A DNA stretch of 64,000 bases from assembly GCF_039654945.1 (NCBI RefSeq), contig NW_027361986.1:3100001-3164000 (forward strand). The letters run 5' to 3'. The DNA comes from Dendrobates tinctorius. Taxonomy: Eukaryota. Both the position numbers and the translations under genes were made by a program. This document shows positions 59,951 to 64,000 of the stretch, one piece after another. The notes beneath the pieces are model-generated. The model was not told the DNA's origin and did not search any database. It saw nothing but the letters and a program-made list of their open reading frames with translations. The first letter of the stretch is position 1. The number at the start of each line of letters is the position of its first letter.

Positions 59951-60596
59951 TCTATATATAAATGCCTTATGTCTGTAACCGAAATCCCGCTGCGCTGATT
60001 GGTCGCGGCCTCCAGGCCCCCGCCAGGCCGCAACCAATCAGCAATAGGCGCAGAGCGTGGGCGCAGTCCTCAATTAGCAGGACGCAAGCCACCGCTACCG
60101 TGCCGTCGGGAGATCAGCGGCACTAGCCGCTGATCTCCCAACGGTTGGTGCGGGTCATCTCCGGGCGCACAGGCGTCAGCAGCAACGCAGTCGGAGATCC
60201 CCGACGCTAGCCGGTACCCAGGGTCCGGAGGAGAAGAGACTCCTTCGGACCCTCGGTACCATAAGCGTGAAAAAAATAGAATTAAAATAAAAAATAGTGA
60301 TCTACTCACCTTCCGACGGCCTCCGGAATCTGTCCCTCCTTTACACGCTGCCGGCATCTTCCGTTCCCAGTACTGCTTTGCGCGAAATACCGCTGATGAC
60401 GTTGCCCTCTCGCGAGAGGACGTCAGCAGCGGTCTTTGGCGCAAAGCAGTACTGGGAACGGAAGATGCCGGCAGCGTGGAGAGGAGGGACAGATTCCGGG
60501 GGCCGTTGGATGGTAAGTATATCACATTTTTTATTTTAATCTGCCGCTGGCCATATTCTAGAGTACCCGAGGCTTTAGAATCGGGCCAGCAGCTAG
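59951..60596 (+). mobile_element. Non-autonomous Helitron
   Basis: A|TC start (approximate, within TA repeats); 3' hairpin CCCGA-GGCTTTAGAA-TCGGG at 60566-60585 followed by CTAG|T; no TSD. Confidence 0.7.
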
Positions 60597-60757
60597 TATA
60601 CAGTATAAGCCCCACATAGCTCCCTATACATAGTATGGGTCCCCATATACTGTAGCTACCTAGATACAGTATGAGCACCGACATAACGCCCTATATAAGT
60701 ATAAACAATAAAAAGCCTCCTATATACACTATGAGCCCGCACATAGCCCCCTATATA

Positions 60758-63451
<2,694 letters not shown>

Positions 63452-63826
63452 TACATTATAAGCCCCGCATAGCTTCCTATATAGTATGAGACACGATATA
63501 ACTATTTAGATACAGCATGAGCACTTACATAACTATCTAAATACAGTATAAGCCCTACATAGCTCCCTATATACAGTATGACCCTCCACAAAGCCTCCGC
63601 GTACATACAGTGTGAGCCCATATATAGCATCCTGTATACAGTATGAACCCCTACATAGCCTCCTACGTACAGTAAGTGCCCCCACATAGCCTCCTATATA
63701 CAGTGAGTCCCAATATAACTTCCTGTATACAGTGTGAGAACCCCATATAGCCTACTATATATATTGTGAGTCCCTATATAGGCTCCTATATACAGTATAA
63801 GCTCCTATATACTATAGCCTCCTATA
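63452..63826. repeat. Degenerate ~33-bp minisatellite, also at about 59830-59915 and 60597-60757
   Basis: TATACAGTATRAGCCC..CATAGC.CC-like units split by the Helitron and Tc1 insertions. Confidence 0.75.
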
Positions 63827-64000
63827 CAGCTCTGGCAAAAATTAAGAGACCACCACATCAAAACCCTGTCATGGGCAGCCCATTCTCCAGACCTGAACTC
63901 CACTGAAAACCTCAGGAATGTAATCAAGAGGATGATGGATAGTCACAAGCCATCAAACAAAGAAGAACTGCTTACATTTTTGCGCCAGAAGCAGTGTGAA
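63827..64000 (+). mobile_element. Deleted Tc1-like element, truncated by the window end
   Basis: TA|CAGCTCTGGCAAAAATTAAGAGACCAC terminus followed directly by a degenerate SPDLN..EN...IKRMMDSHKPSNKEEL fragment. Confidence 0.7.

Overview
Vertebrate genomic DNA, most likely a frog (inferred from T2/Kolobok MITEs, CR1 LINEs and Tc1 families). It holds one host gene, the lysosomal heme transporter SLC48A1 (HRG1), on the minus strand. The gene has three coding exons (43166-43034, 6672-6505, 4401-4265; 145 aa), a 36.4-kb intron 1 and a CCAAT/CRE-rich promoter at about 43.2-43.5 kb. Nearly all remaining sequence is transposable elements, many with readable termini and target-site duplications (TSDs). 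These include Harbinger-, Kolobok/T2-, Tc2-, hAT- and piggyBac-type non-autonomous elements, several Tc1 lineages, a decayed hAT transposase, a Chapaev3 fold-back, CR1 fragments, Penelope-like remnants, a Helitron, solo LTRs, and an 11.5-kb decayed Gypsy provirus with a deleted Sushi-like chromovirus nested in its 5' LTR. I found no novel protein-coding system. The most interesting signals are non-coding: a minimal hammerhead ribozyme on the pre-mRNA strand of intron 1; a GC-rich palindromic cassette bracketed by splice-donor motifs that recurs in unrelated TE superfamilies; a self-priming signal in the nested chromovirus; a paired ARE/MARE cluster in a repeat-free intronic island; a MITE carrying telomeric repeats; and a four-level nested TE stack. 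All family names come from motif recognition, not database searches.
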